Under the pieces are notes generated by a model that saw only the letters and a list, made by a program, of their open reading frames with translations, was not told the origin of the DNA and did not search any database. A DNA stretch of 64,000 nucleotides from a virus. Of this stretch, positions 53,575-62,038 are shown piece after piece (positions within the stretch are counted from its first letter, which is position 1; each line of letters opens with the position of its first letter). The translations under genes and the position numbers were made by a program. The stretch lies in the IMG/VR virus record IMGVR_UViG_3300045988_159436; one strand, written 5' to 3'.

Positions 53575-53843
53575 AAAAATTGAGCATAACACTAGGAGAG
53601 TATTTTATAGTTACTAGTCCTTTCAAACATGATGGTAATGTATTTCACAGAGGTGATTTATTGCGGGTAATTAAAATATATGATAGTTGGTCTAAAGTTT
53701 TAGTTTCCAACAAATCTTGGATAACAACTAAAGCAGGGCATACAGACACAGAAAATCAATATAGTTTTGGTAGGGGAACAAATTGGAATATTGATATAGA
53801 GTATTTATTTGAAAATTGTGTTTGCAGGTCAGAATGGGAGTAG
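53565..53843 (+). CDS. small EWE-terminus family protein (10)
   Basis: Start ATGGGAGTGAAA overlaps the previous stop; ends ...RSEWE-TAG. Confidence 0.45.
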   Translation: MGVKKLSITLGEYFIVTSPFKHDGNVFHRGDLLRVIKIYDSWSKVLVSNKSWITTKAGHTDTENQYSFGRGTNWNIDIEYLFENCVCRSEWE

Positions 53844-54205
53844 TGGAGATAAGATATAAAGCAGGAGATGTAGTAAAAATTGACAAAACAAGATTTGTTA
53901 TAGAAAGAGTTACTAAAAAAGGCTATATTTTATTTCCTCATATAGGATTTTTCGTAAAGGATTGCCAAATAAATAAAAAAATTAAAGTGAAGAAATCTTA
54001 TGAATTAGGAGATAAATTTAAATGTCTATGTGACTTTAGTTCAGGGACTTCTGTGGCGAAAAAAGACAAACATTATATTTGTACACAGAAATTTTCAGAT
54101 GGCACATATATGCTTACAAGAATAAAAAATAAAGAAGAGAAATTAAGAGTGAATACAAATCAGATTCATGCTTATTTTAGACATTATTTTGGAGGTTGGG
54201 AATAG
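53834..54205 (+). CDS. small EWE-terminus family protein (11)
   Basis: Start ATGGGAGTAGTG overlaps the previous stop; ends ...FGGWE-TAG. Confidence 0.45.
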   Translation: MGVVEIRYKAGDVVKIDKTRFVIERVTKKGYILFPHIGFFVKDCQINKKIKVKKSYELGDKFKCLCDFSSGTSVAKKDKHYICTQKFSDGTYMLTRIKNKEEKLRVNTNQIHAYFRHYFGGWE

Positions 54206-54408
54206 TGCCAATAGGAACAAGAGTAAGAATAAGAGAAGATTTAAAAACTACAGAAACTTATGGTGGTGTAAGAGTTATAGAAGATATGCTAGTTTATGCA
54301 GGTAAAGAAACAACAATAATTTGGCATGAAGCTAATGTATATCATATACTTTTAGATGATGGTTTTTACTATTGGACAGATGGAATGTTTATTAGTGAAT
54401 GGGAATAA
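54204..54408 (+). CDS. small EWE-terminus family protein (12; YYWTDGMF paralogue)
   Basis: GTG start 8 nt after ggagg (alternative TTG at 54196); ends ...GMFISEWE-TAA. Confidence 0.45.
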
Positions 54409-54415
54409 AAAAGTC

Positions 54416-54444
54416 TTGACAAAATAAAATAGTTGTGGTATAAT
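54416..54444 (+). promoter_or_regulatory. sigma-A promoter (TTGACA-17-TGgTATAAT); 37-nt identical copy at 55270
   Basis: -35 at 54416-21, -10 at 54439-44. Confidence 0.6.
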
Positions 54445-54477
54445 AAGTGCATAAGATATTGAAAGAGAGGTTATAAC

Positions 54478-55269
54478 ATGTGTATTATAATTTATAAACC
54501 AGCAAAAGCTACACTAAAAAAAGAAACATTAAAAACAGCATTTGAAAACAATCCTGATGGTGCAGGATTTATGTACCAATCTGATTTACTTGAAGCTCCT
54601 AAAATGCAAAAGGGATTTTTTGATTTTGATAAATTTTATGAGGCATATGAGAAAGTGGCTGAAAGTGATAAAGGTTATAATATTGCTGTTCATTTTAGAA
54701 TTGCAACGCATGGAGCTGTTAATAGTTTAAACTGTCATCCTTTTATTGTTAAAGAAAGTGTTGAAAAAACTATTAGCGAAAAAGGACAGTATAGTTCTTT
54801 ATTTATGCAAAATGGTGTTATTAAAAGTATTTCTGTAAATAAGAAAGATAAATATAGTGATACTTGTAATTTCACCTATAAAATTATGTCTAAAATTAAA
54901 ACATTAACAAGCATGAAGATAAAAGATATTCTGGAAACTATTGAATCTCCAAGTAGATTTTGTTTAATGCAAGAAGGGCGAAAACCTTTATTGATTGGTA
55001 GTTTCAAAAAAGATGGTGGAGTAAGTTTTAGTAATGAATCCTATAAAGAAATAAAAACTGCTATTTCTTATCCTACTACTTTTGAAACTTATTTACTTGC
55101 ATTCGAAGATTGCGATGCAAAAGATATTAGAGATATTGAAACAGAACTTAAAGATGACCAATGTGGAATTATTGATGCTTATAATGTAGGAGATGTAACT
55201 TTCTTTGAAACGAACTATCTCCCTATTAGAGAAAAGATTGCAGGTAAAGAATTTCGATGTTATCGTTGA
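54478..55269 (+). CDS. class-II (Ntn) glutamine amidotransferase-like protein, YafJ-type
   Basis: N-terminal Met-Cys (MCIIIY), NPDGAGFMY, VHFRIATHG, NCHPF; parallels the YafJ motifs MCELLG, HKDGWGIAF, AHIRQANRG, NTHPF. Confidence 0.6.
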   Translation: MCIIIYKPAKATLKKETLKTAFENNPDGAGFMYQSDLLEAPKMQKGFFDFDKFYEAYEKVAESDKGYNIAVHFRIATHGAVNSLNCHPFIVKESVEKTISEKGQYSSLFMQNGVIKSISVNKKDKYSDTCNFTYKIMSKIKTLTSMKIKDILETIESPSRFCLMQEGRKPLLIGSFKKDGGVSFSNESYKEIKTAISYPTTFETYLLAFEDCDAKDIRDIETELKDDQCGIIDAYNVGDVTFFETNYLPIREKIAGKEFRCYR

Positions 55270-55275
55270 AAAGTC

Positions 55276-55304
55276 TTGACAAAATAAAATAGTTGTGGTA
55301 TAAT
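55276..55304 (+). promoter_or_regulatory. sigma-A promoter (duplicate of the 54416 promoter)
   Basis: aaaagtcttgacaaaataaaatagttgtggtataata is identical to 54410-54446. Confidence 0.6.
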
Positions 55305-55336
55305 ATAAATACACTAAAAATAAAGGAGATAATAGT

Positions 55337-55729
55337 ATGAATTTTCGCATTAACGATGTAGTAACATTAAAACAAGGATTGACAGGTGAAAAAGAAAAGT
55401 ATAGCGGCAAGACTTTAATGATTCGAGCTATTTCCGAAGGGCATTACATTATGAAAGTACCTAATAAAACTGCACCAAAAGATAATCGTGAACTTATGGA
55501 TGTAAGTTTTAATGATGCTGATATTCAATTAAATCCTTTAGAAGTAAAGGTAGAAACTGAATCTGATGGAATTATTGATATTATGGCTAAAAATTCAAAA
55601 GATGAATGGATTGCAATTTTACGGTTACAGGATGGAGAATTATTGCGTAAAAAAGATTTAGCAAAACAAGGTTTTTCTGGCTTGAAGTTAGACTTTAAAG
55701 GAAGACTTCGGTTAGTAACCAGTTATTAA
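55337..55729 (+). CDS. hypothetical protein
   Basis: RBS aaggagataatagtATG. Confidence 0.4.
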   Translation: MNFRINDVVTLKQGLTGEKEKYSGKTLMIRAISEGHYIMKVPNKTAPKDNRELMDVSFNDADIQLNPLEVKVETESDGIIDIMAKNSKDEWIAILRLQDGELLRKKDLAKQGFSGLKLDFKGRLRLVTSY

Positions 55730-56037
55730 TGTTACCTGAATATATAAGTGCTGAAAATGGAATAAAGTATGTGCCTTTTACTGGCAATATTTTATTCCTT
55801 AAAAGTATATTATATGAACACAATAATTTTCCAATAAGATTACTTTTAGAAGAAGAACAATTATCCGCTTTTATCATTGTTTATGTAACAGCAAAGAACT
55901 TAATTTGTGTGGATACAAGTTCAGAAGGTAAATTGTTTGAAAGTATTTTAAAAATACCTGTTAGCACTTTAAAAGAGCGTGTGTTTGAGGGAATAAATTA
56001 TGAAATTTACATTAAACAAACTGCTTTAGGAGAGTAG
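55729..56037 (+). CDS. hypothetical protein
   Basis: TAATG overlap with the previous gene. Confidence 0.35.
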   Translation: MLPEYISAENGIKYVPFTGNILFLKSILYEHNNFPIRLLLEEEQLSAFIIVYVTAKNLICVDTSSEGKLFESILKIPVSTLKERVFEGINYEIYIKQTALGE

Positions 56038-56040
56038 CCA

Positions 56041-56376
56041 ATGAAAAGATATCACATAGCAGTAAAATTTGATAAAGAAAAGATAGCAAATATAGATTTC
56101 TGTAAATTACATTTAATATTTACTAAACATTTTAAACAAAGAGCATGTTTAAAAAGGATTCCTAAGCCTTATAAAGCTCTGTTAAAAAGGGGTAAGATTT
56201 TTGAGTATCATACAGATGATAATGAAAATTTGCTTAAATTTGTCATACGTTGTAAATACAACGAAAATTGTGATGTTTGTTATGTGTTAACTCCTACTGG
56301 CAGGGTTATTACTGGTTGGTGGCAAGATACAAATGATAGTCATTCAACATTAAAAATAAATTTATATGAAAGGTGA
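56041..56376 (+). CDS. hypothetical protein
   Basis: ORF follows the previous stop by 3 nt. Confidence 0.35.
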   Translation: MKRYHIAVKFDKEKIANIDFCKLHLIFTKHFKQRACLKRIPKPYKALLKRGKIFEYHTDDNENLLKFVIRCKYNENCDVCYVLTPTGRVITGWWQDTNDSHSTLKINLYER

Positions 56377-56383
56377 TAAGAAT

Positions 56384-56917
56384 ATGAATAAGAAAACTGA
56401 TGAAATCAAAAAAAGTGGAGATGAAGATTTTCAAGCATTTGTAGACCTTTGTTCTGCTATTATGCTTGGTGAGGATAAGAGAGCAGAATCAGTAATGAGA
56501 AAAGCAGTAAAGAAAGCGACTAAAGAACTTGATAATATTGATATCCCTAAAGGTTATACTATTGATACTGAACGTTGGAAGCAATTTCCTCAATTAGAAT
56601 CAGGAATGCTGGTTTTTGTTTCAAATGGTTGCTGGGGCAAAATTTCTGAAGATTACGAAACTGGTCGTCTTTATTTTTATCGTAAAGGAGGAGCAATTTC
56701 TTTAGGTGAATTGCAAAAACAAACTGGAAAAGGTTTAGAAGAATTATTTATAGAAGTATACGTTCCTAAGAATCAGTTTGCAATTCATTCATACAATCCT
56801 GAGAATTTTAATTTGCATTATACTTGTTTGAAAAAGAAACCTGAAAAAGTGCGTATTTCTTTAGCAGAATTGTTGAAAAGAGCGGGGTTAGAAGGAAAGG
56901 AAGTTGAAATTCATTAA
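56384..56917 (+). CDS. hypothetical protein
   Basis: RBS aaaggtgataagaatATG. Confidence 0.4.
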   Translation: MNKKTDEIKKSGDEDFQAFVDLCSAIMLGEDKRAESVMRKAVKKATKELDNIDIPKGYTIDTERWKQFPQLESGMLVFVSNGCWGKISEDYETGRLYFYRKGGAISLGELQKQTGKGLEELFIEVYVPKNQFAIHSYNPENFNLHYTCLKKKPEKVRISLAELLKRAGLEGKEVEIH

Positions 56918-57141
56918 TGTTTGGATGTGCGGCTTGTTTAACGATTTTTTTATTCACTATTAACTTATTAGGCTATGTCTCTTTAAGTTATTGGATTATT
57001 TTCGCACCAGTTATTTTTGCCTTTGGCATTACAGCTCTTTTTGGACTATTTGCAGTAGGTATTATAGCGACAATGGATTATATTGTTACATCAGAAAGGT
57101 TTAAGGAATGGAAGGACTTACACAAACAAGAAAAGAATTAA
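56917..57141 (+). CDS. small membrane protein (2 TM)
   Basis: TAATG overlap with the previous gene; hydrophobic helices. Confidence 0.35.
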   Translation: MFGCAACLTIFLFTINLLGYVSLSYWIIFAPVIFAFGITALFGLFAVGIIATMDYIVTSERFKEWKDLHKQEKN

Positions 57142-57320
57142 TAGAATCTGCTATTAAGCTTCTTTTAGATTGCGATGATTATGAAGGTTTAAATTTTAAA
57201 GAATATGATACGACACAAGAAATAGTAGAAATTCCAAGTAAAGAATTTGAGCTTTTACACAAACTTTCCCGAATTGGAAGTTTGTTTGTACTTTCTATTT
57301 TAGAGAGTGAGCAAAAATAG
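57108..57320 (+). CDS. hypothetical protein
   Basis: ORF overlapping the previous gene end. Confidence 0.3.
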   Translation: MEGLTQTRKELIESAIKLLLDCDDYEGLNFKEYDTTQEIVEIPSKEFELLHKLSRIGSLFVLSILESEQK

Positions 57321-57321
57321 T

Positions 57322-57350
57322 TTGACAAAATCCCTTACATGTGATATAAT
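57322..57350 (+). promoter_or_regulatory. sigma-A promoter (TTGACA-17-TGaTATAAT)
   Basis: -35 at 57322-27, -10 at 57345-50. Confidence 0.6.
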
Positions 57351-57369
57351 GCATATGTAAGGGATTTTT
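57331..57369 (+). terminator. terminator hairpin enclosing the promoter -10 (tcccttacat...atgtaaggga + tttttac)
   Basis: 10-bp perfect stem whose loop contains gtgatataatgc, followed by a T-run. Confidence 0.55.
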
Positions 57370-57386
57370 ACTAAGGGGGCTTACAA

Positions 57387-57605
57387 ATGATGCCAATAGG
57401 AGCAGAAGTAAAAATAAGAAAAGATTTAAAATTAGGTGTACTTTATAAAAACAGAAATAATAAACGTGCTATGCATGCTTGTAGAGGCATGTTATTATTG
57501 GCAGGTAAAAAAGCGTTTATAACAAATAATGTTAATAATATTTACTCTATAGATAATAGTTTTTATTATTGGACAGATGGAATGTTTGAAACTGAATGGG
57601 AATAA
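57387..57605 (+). CDS. small EWE-terminus family protein (13; YYWTDGMF paralogue)
   Basis: RBS aagggggcttacaaATG; ends ...GMFETEWE-TAA. Confidence 0.45.
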   Translation: MMPIGAEVKIRKDLKLGVLYKNRNNKRAMHACRGMLLLAGKKAFITNNVNNIYSIDNSFYYWTDGMFETEWE

Positions 57606-57612
57606 AAAAGTC

Positions 57613-57641
57613 TTGACAAATTTAAAAGAAAATGATATAAT
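57613..57641 (+). promoter_or_regulatory. sigma-A promoter (TTGACA-17-TGaTATAAT)
   Basis: -35 at 57613-18, -10 at 57636-41. Confidence 0.6.
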
Positions 57642-57671
57642 ACATTTATCAAATCAAAAGGAGATGTAAAA

Positions 57672-58844
57672 ATGTTAAATTGCAAAATTTGTGGTAATGA
57701 AATTAGTGGAACTTATACAATTTATCAAAAAGACGGAGTAGAATATCCAGCACATATTGAATGCGTTGAAGAAAATAAGCAACATTGTGATGAGTGCAAT
57801 AAATTTTTTGATAGAGAAGATTTAAAAACTACAACATTAGGAAACCATTATTGCCCAGATTGTTTGTCTGAAAAAACTGTAGTTTGTGGAAAATGTGGTA
57901 AACACGTAGAAAATGCACCATTGAAAAGAGTAAATAGTGTATCTTATTGTCAAGAATGTTTTGAACAGAAATGGGTATATTGTGCAAAATGTGGTAAAAG
58001 GGTTTTAAGAAGTAGAGCAAAAAATTTAAATAATACACATTATTGCGCTTCATGTGCTAGTTCTGTTGTTAAGGTAGAAAATTATAGTTACAAACCTACC
58101 CCTATATTTTGTGGTGTAGATAGTTCTCGTTATTTTGGTATTGAAGTCGAAACTGAGGGCAGAGAAAATAATCTTTATGCGGAAGAAATTATTGGAGATT
58201 CAAAAATTTTCTATGCAAAACATGATGGCAGTTTAAATGACGGAATTGAATTTGTAAGTCATCCTTGCACTCTTAACTATTGGAGAGAGGAATCCAAGCT
58301 TGATGAATTTTGCAAAAGGGCGATTGGTTTAGGGTTTAATTCTCATAAAACTACTTCTTGTGGATTGCATGTTCATATTACTAAATCTACAGTAGAAAGG
58401 GAAGCTTTTGAAAAAGTGCTTCTGTTTTTGAGTAATAACTGGGATGATGTGGTGAAATTTACCCGCCGCAAAAGTTCCAGCATTAATAGATGGGCGGCTA
58501 ATAATTTAGGGGATGCGCCAATGATTAAAACTTGTACTCTTGCACAAAAAATGAAATTAGTAAAAGAGTATTCTTCTGGCAGTCGTTATGTAGCAGTAAA
58601 TGAAACATCTAAAACATATGAATTTCGTATTTTTAGGGGAACTTTAAAACCTGAAACTATTTTAGCTTGTATTGAGTTTTGCGATGCTCTTATCAATTTA
58701 TGTGCTAGTTTGCCTTTTGCAAACATTGAAACAGCTAATTTTAATACTTTAATGGAATTTGCAAAACCTAAAGGATGCTATAAAGAGCTTGTAGAATATT
58801 GGGAAACTCGAACAATGAAGAAAAAGGATGTTGTTCTTGGATAA
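57672..58844 (+). CDS. multi-zinc-ribbon protein fused to a putative amidoligase (GS-like COOH-NH2 ligase, Amidoligase_2-type)
   Basis: N-terminal six CxxC pairs; C-terminal GIEVETEG (E.E), DGIEFVSHP, CGLHVHI (HxH), YEFRIFRG (Arg), as in glutamine-synthetase-like amidoligases. Confidence 0.45.
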   Translation: MLNCKICGNEISGTYTIYQKDGVEYPAHIECVEENKQHCDECNKFFDREDLKTTTLGNHYCPDCLSEKTVVCGKCGKHVENAPLKRVNSVSYCQECFEQKWVYCAKCGKRVLRSRAKNLNNTHYCASCASSVVKVENYSYKPTPIFCGVDSSRYFGIEVETEGRENNLYAEEIIGDSKIFYAKHDGSLNDGIEFVSHPCTLNYWREESKLDEFCKRAIGLGFNSHKTTSCGLHVHITKSTVEREAFEKVLLFLSNNWDDVVKFTRRKSSSINRWAANNLGDAPMIKTCTLAQKMKLVKEYSSGSRYVAVNETSKTYEFRIFRGTLKPETILACIEFCDALINLCASLPFANIETANFNTLMEFAKPKGCYKELVEYWETRTMKKKDVVLG

Positions 58845-58880
58845 AAAACTTTTATAATTAAAGAAAGCAGAGTGATATAA

Positions 58881-59489
58881 ATGTGTATTGTAATTTACCA
58901 ACCTAAAGGAAAGCAAGTGCAAAAAGCAATTTTACAGAAAGCATTTGAAAACAATCCTGATGGTGCAGGATTTATGGTTCAAAAAGATAAAGAAGCACCA
59001 TATATGATGAAGGGATTTTTTGATTTTGATAAATTTTATAAATCATATCTTCCATTTTCTAAAGGGGATTATAACGTAGCAATTCATTTTAGAATTGCTA
59101 CACATGGAACAGTAAACAAAGATAACTGTCATCCATTTAAAATTTCTTCTGATATTGCTGATACTGTTTTATTTAATGGCAGGGCAGATTCGCTGATAAT
59201 GCATAATGGCATTATTAGTAGCATTATGACACCAAGAAATCTGCCATATAGTGATACAATGAATTTTATTGCAAAGATTTTATGTTGGATGAAAGACCTT
59301 AAATCTAAAGATTTGACAGAAGTATTAGAAAACCTCGAAAGTTATTCAAAGTTTTGTATAATGAGAAAAGGATTTGACCCCATTCTAGCGGGGCTTTTTA
59401 TTGAAGATAGAGGTATTTTTTATAGCAATTCAACTTATAAATATAGTTATGTTAATACTTTTCAAAATTGTAAAACTTATTTAAATTAA
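58881..59489 (+). CDS. class-II (Ntn) glutamine amidotransferase-like protein, YafJ-type (paralogue of 54478)
   Basis: MCIVIY, NPDGAGFMV, IHFRIATHG, NCHPF. Confidence 0.6.
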   Translation: MCIVIYQPKGKQVQKAILQKAFENNPDGAGFMVQKDKEAPYMMKGFFDFDKFYKSYLPFSKGDYNVAIHFRIATHGTVNKDNCHPFKISSDIADTVLFNGRADSLIMHNGIISSIMTPRNLPYSDTMNFIAKILCWMKDLKSKDLTEVLENLESYSKFCIMRKGFDPILAGLFIEDRGIFYSNSTYKYSYVNTFQNCKTYLN

Positions 59490-59500
59490 GGAGGGTAAAA

Positions 59501-59803
59501 ATGGAAACGAGAAATTATATAAGCGAAGAGCTTTTTCAAAAAATGAAAGAAGCTTTAACTAAAAATGATGATACATTTTGTGATTTTTCCAGTGATGTAA
59601 CTGTTATGTTAACTGTTCCAAAAACTTTAAGTAAATTTACAGTTTCCAAGAAAGTATTTCGTATTCGTATTAAAGATAATTGGTTTAGTGTAGATGCAAA
59701 AAGATTAAAAAGTCTCTCCTATGCGATACTAAATAAAAGATTAAATAGAACAATATTAGCGGCAGAAGATGCTCCTGATGAAATCATTGCTTTTTGCGAA
59801 TGA
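59501..59803 (+). CDS. hypothetical protein
   Basis: RBS aaggagggtaaaaATG. Confidence 0.4.
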   Translation: METRNYISEELFQKMKEALTKNDDTFCDFSSDVTVMLTVPKTLSKFTVSKKVFRIRIKDNWFSVDAKRLKSLSYAILNKRLNRTILAAEDAPDEIIAFCE

Positions 59804-60246
59804 AAACATTTAGAGGAATAATGGAAGTATCGTCACAAGTGTGCATAGGGGATATTTTTAATCCAAATCTTGTATTTGATACTTCCAAAGGTATTTATAA
59901 ATGTTATGTAGAAGAAGAAAATGCTGAAATTATAGCAATATATCTAATAAAAGAAGGATATAAAAATCCTGAAATAACAAATAACTATTCTATCATTCTT
60001 AGTCCTTCAACTTTTATTGGATTTTTTAACAACGACTACAGTACAAAAAAAGCACAAAATATTAAAGAAGCAAGTCAATATGAATTACCTAAAGAATATG
60101 TAATAGAAAACGCATTAAAAAATTCAATTATAAATTTGCCTATTGTAACTTTAAAATATTTTGTAGCCTGTTTAAAAACAAAAAATTATGTATTATATAG
60201 AGGCAAGCATGGATTTAAAATAGCGAAATTGGAGGAGTGCTTATGA
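59794..60246 (+). CDS. hypothetical protein
   Basis: ORF overlapping the previous gene end. Confidence 0.35.
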   Translation: MRMKTFRGIMEVSSQVCIGDIFNPNLVFDTSKGIYKCYVEEENAEIIAIYLIKEGYKNPEITNNYSIILSPSTFIGFFNNDYSTKKAQNIKEASQYELPKEYVIENALKNSIINLPIVTLKYFVACLKTKNYVLYRGKHGFKIAKLEECL

Positions 60247-60650
60247 TAGAAACTTATCAAAGCTCAAATGACATTAGTTTTGGAGATGTATTTAAATTTG
60301 TAAAAGATTGCTATTATAAAGGCATGAGAATTCCTAAAGGGACTTTAGCTACAGTAACTTTTTCTATACCTTATAAGGGTTATTGGACAGTAAAAGTAAA
60401 TGAAGTAATGGTTCAAGTCAGAGAAGATGATATAGTTTTCCATGCTTCTTTGAAGGATTGTTTAAAAGTAGGGACAGTAGTATCATTTTACAATATGGGT
60501 AAAAAAGTAAAAGGAGTAATTGAGAATTTAGAAAATACTAAAGAGGCTAAGATTATTACAGGACATAATTGTTATGTCGTTTTACCTCTTACAAGACTTT
60601 CTTTACTTCTACCAAGAACTAAAGATTGGTCTTACGTAAAAAAAGATTAA
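60237..60650 (+). CDS. hypothetical protein
   Basis: ORF overlapping the previous gene end. Confidence 0.35.
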   Translation: MLMIETYQSSNDISFGDVFKFVKDCYYKGMRIPKGTLATVTFSIPYKGYWTVKVNEVMVQVREDDIVFHASLKDCLKVGTVVSFYNMGKKVKGVIENLENTKEAKIITGHNCYVVLPLTRLSLLLPRTKDWSYVKKD

Positions 60651-60655
60651 TTATA

Positions 60656-60754
60656 CAGCAAATAAAGATTATTATTAAAGTATCTAATACACATTATAGA
60701 CGTGTATTTTAAAACTTAATAAATTTAATCTTTATTTGCTGTTTTTATTTTTAT
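60656..60754 (+). terminator. large hairpin (15-bp perfect stem cagcaaataaagatt / aatctttatttgctg, 56-nt loop) followed by a T-run
   Basis: Stem arms at 60656-70 and 60727-41; the loop holds a nested acac...gtgt hairpin; tttttatttttatt follows. Confidence 0.4.
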
Positions 60755-60822
60755 TAAAATGGAGCAGAAAATAACAAATGCACATTATTTTAAACATACC
60801 TTTCAGACGCATATATTTGACC

Positions 60823-60883
60823 TCTGAGGAGTTTTATAGAGTTTTAGGGAGGATTACTCTTGCGAAGAATAAAACTCCTCAGA
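60823..60883 (+). promoter_or_regulatory. second large hairpin (14-bp stem tctgaggagtttta / taaaactcctcaga, 33-nt loop containing agggagg)
   Basis: Perfect 14-bp inverted repeat in the AT-rich intergenic region upstream of the 60910 promoter. Confidence 0.35.
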
Positions 60884-60909
60884 AGTGAAATTTGAGCATT
60901 AAATTAAAA

Positions 60910-60938
60910 GTTGACAATAGAAATTGAGTATGGTATAA
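60910..60938 (+). promoter_or_regulatory. sigma-A promoter (TTGACA-17-TGgTATAAT)
   Basis: -35 at 60910-15, -10 at 60933-38. Confidence 0.6.
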
Positions 60939-60955
60939 TAAAGGCGAGGTGAAGA

Positions 60956-61114
60956 TATGGAAAAATTAACAAAAGTAATGAAAAATGGAAAGCTTTATAG
61001 AATTTTATTAAATGTTAGTGGTTATTGTATTATTCAAGATTTAGAAACAAATGCGATTGAATTTGCAGATGAAAAAGAATTGGATTTTAAAGAAGGAGTG
61101 AATGAAAATGATTA
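60956..61114 (+). CDS. small hypothetical protein (~52 aa)
   Basis: RBS aggcgaggtgaagatATG; below the ORF-track size cut-off; overlaps the next start. Confidence 0.3.
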
Positions 61115-61404
61115 GTCCGTGGACAATTTATTGGTTAGGAGTTTTAGAGTCTTTACAGAGCACTATTTTTATAATTTTAAGTGTATTTACTATAGTGCTT
61201 GTTATACATGGAATCAATGAACTTACAAAAAATTCAGAAGAAAGAAAGGACATCAACATATTAAAAAAAGGCATTATAATTTGGTTGGTTATGATATTTG
61301 TGATAAGCTTTATTCCATCAAAAGAGACAGTAAAGAAAATGTATTTGATTGATAATCCAACAAGTAAAATGACTCTTGAAGTATTGGAGACTGTAAAAGA
61401 ATGA
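61102..61404 (+). CDS. small membrane protein (paralogue of 15270)
   Basis: MISPWTIYW...SKETVKKMY parallels 15270 (IISPWVFYF...TKETAYKMI); two TM helices. Confidence 0.45.
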   Translation: MKMISPWTIYWLGVLESLQSTIFIILSVFTIVLVIHGINELTKNSEERKDINILKKGIIIWLVMIFVISFIPSKETVKKMYLIDNPTSKMTLEVLETVKE

Positions 61405-61419
61405 TATGGAGGCAAATAC

Positions 61420-61680
61420 ATGATAAAGTTTAAATATGAGAAAGCAACAGATATTTTACCTATCAATGGTATTTTAGCTTGCACTATTAATGGATTACTA
61501 GAGAAAGATTTATTTAAGAAGCTTATAGAGAAATCGTCATTAGAATATACAGAGCAGGAAGTAAATAAAAGTTATATTTACCGCATTAGTGTCACTACTT
61601 CTAAAGATTTAGAAAAGACATACTCTTTAGTTCATTCATTTGGGCTTTATTTAGGCGAATTTAATACTTTAAGGATGTGA
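61420..61680 (+). CDS. hypothetical protein
   Basis: RBS tatggaggcaaatacATG. Confidence 0.4.
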   Translation: MIKFKYEKATDILPINGILACTINGLLEKDLFKKLIEKSSLEYTEQEVNKSYIYRISVTTSKDLEKTYSLVHSFGLYLGEFNTLRM

Positions 61681-61686
61681 AATAAT

Positions 61687-61854
61687 TTGATAAAAGAATT
61701 TAAAGTAACAATTAAAAAAACAGTTGAATATACTACTTATTTAACTCTTAATCATTTACAAGATGCTTATGAAGAAGCCGAGCGGGAAATGGATAGATTA
61801 GATATTAGTGAATATGAAGAAGTAGATAGTGAAATAACAGTGGAGGAGCAATAA
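61687..61854 (+). CDS. small acidic hypothetical protein (~55 aa, TTG start)
   Basis: Uninterrupted frame between annotated genes; below the ORF-track cut-off. Confidence 0.25.
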   Translation: MIKEFKVTIKKTVEYTTYLTLNHLQDAYEEAEREMDRLDISEYEEVDSEITVEEQ

Positions 61855-61855
61855 A

Positions 61856-62038
61856 ATGTTGTGCTATAAAGATATGTCATTTTGTTCTGCTAGCTACAAA
61901 GAAGCAGAAAAACCTTGTATTTGCACTGAATGTTTTAGGCATTTAAGCAAAGTTCCTGAAAATTTGCCTGATTATATGCCAGTAGCTGTATCTGATTTCT
62001 CTAAAGAATGTGAGGAATACAAATATGCGAGAATTTAA
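61856..62038 (+). CDS. small Cys-rich protein
   Basis: C...C..C...C pattern. Confidence 0.3.
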   Translation: MLCYKDMSFCSASYKEAEKPCICTECFRHLSKVPENLPDYMPVAVSDFSKECEEYKYARI

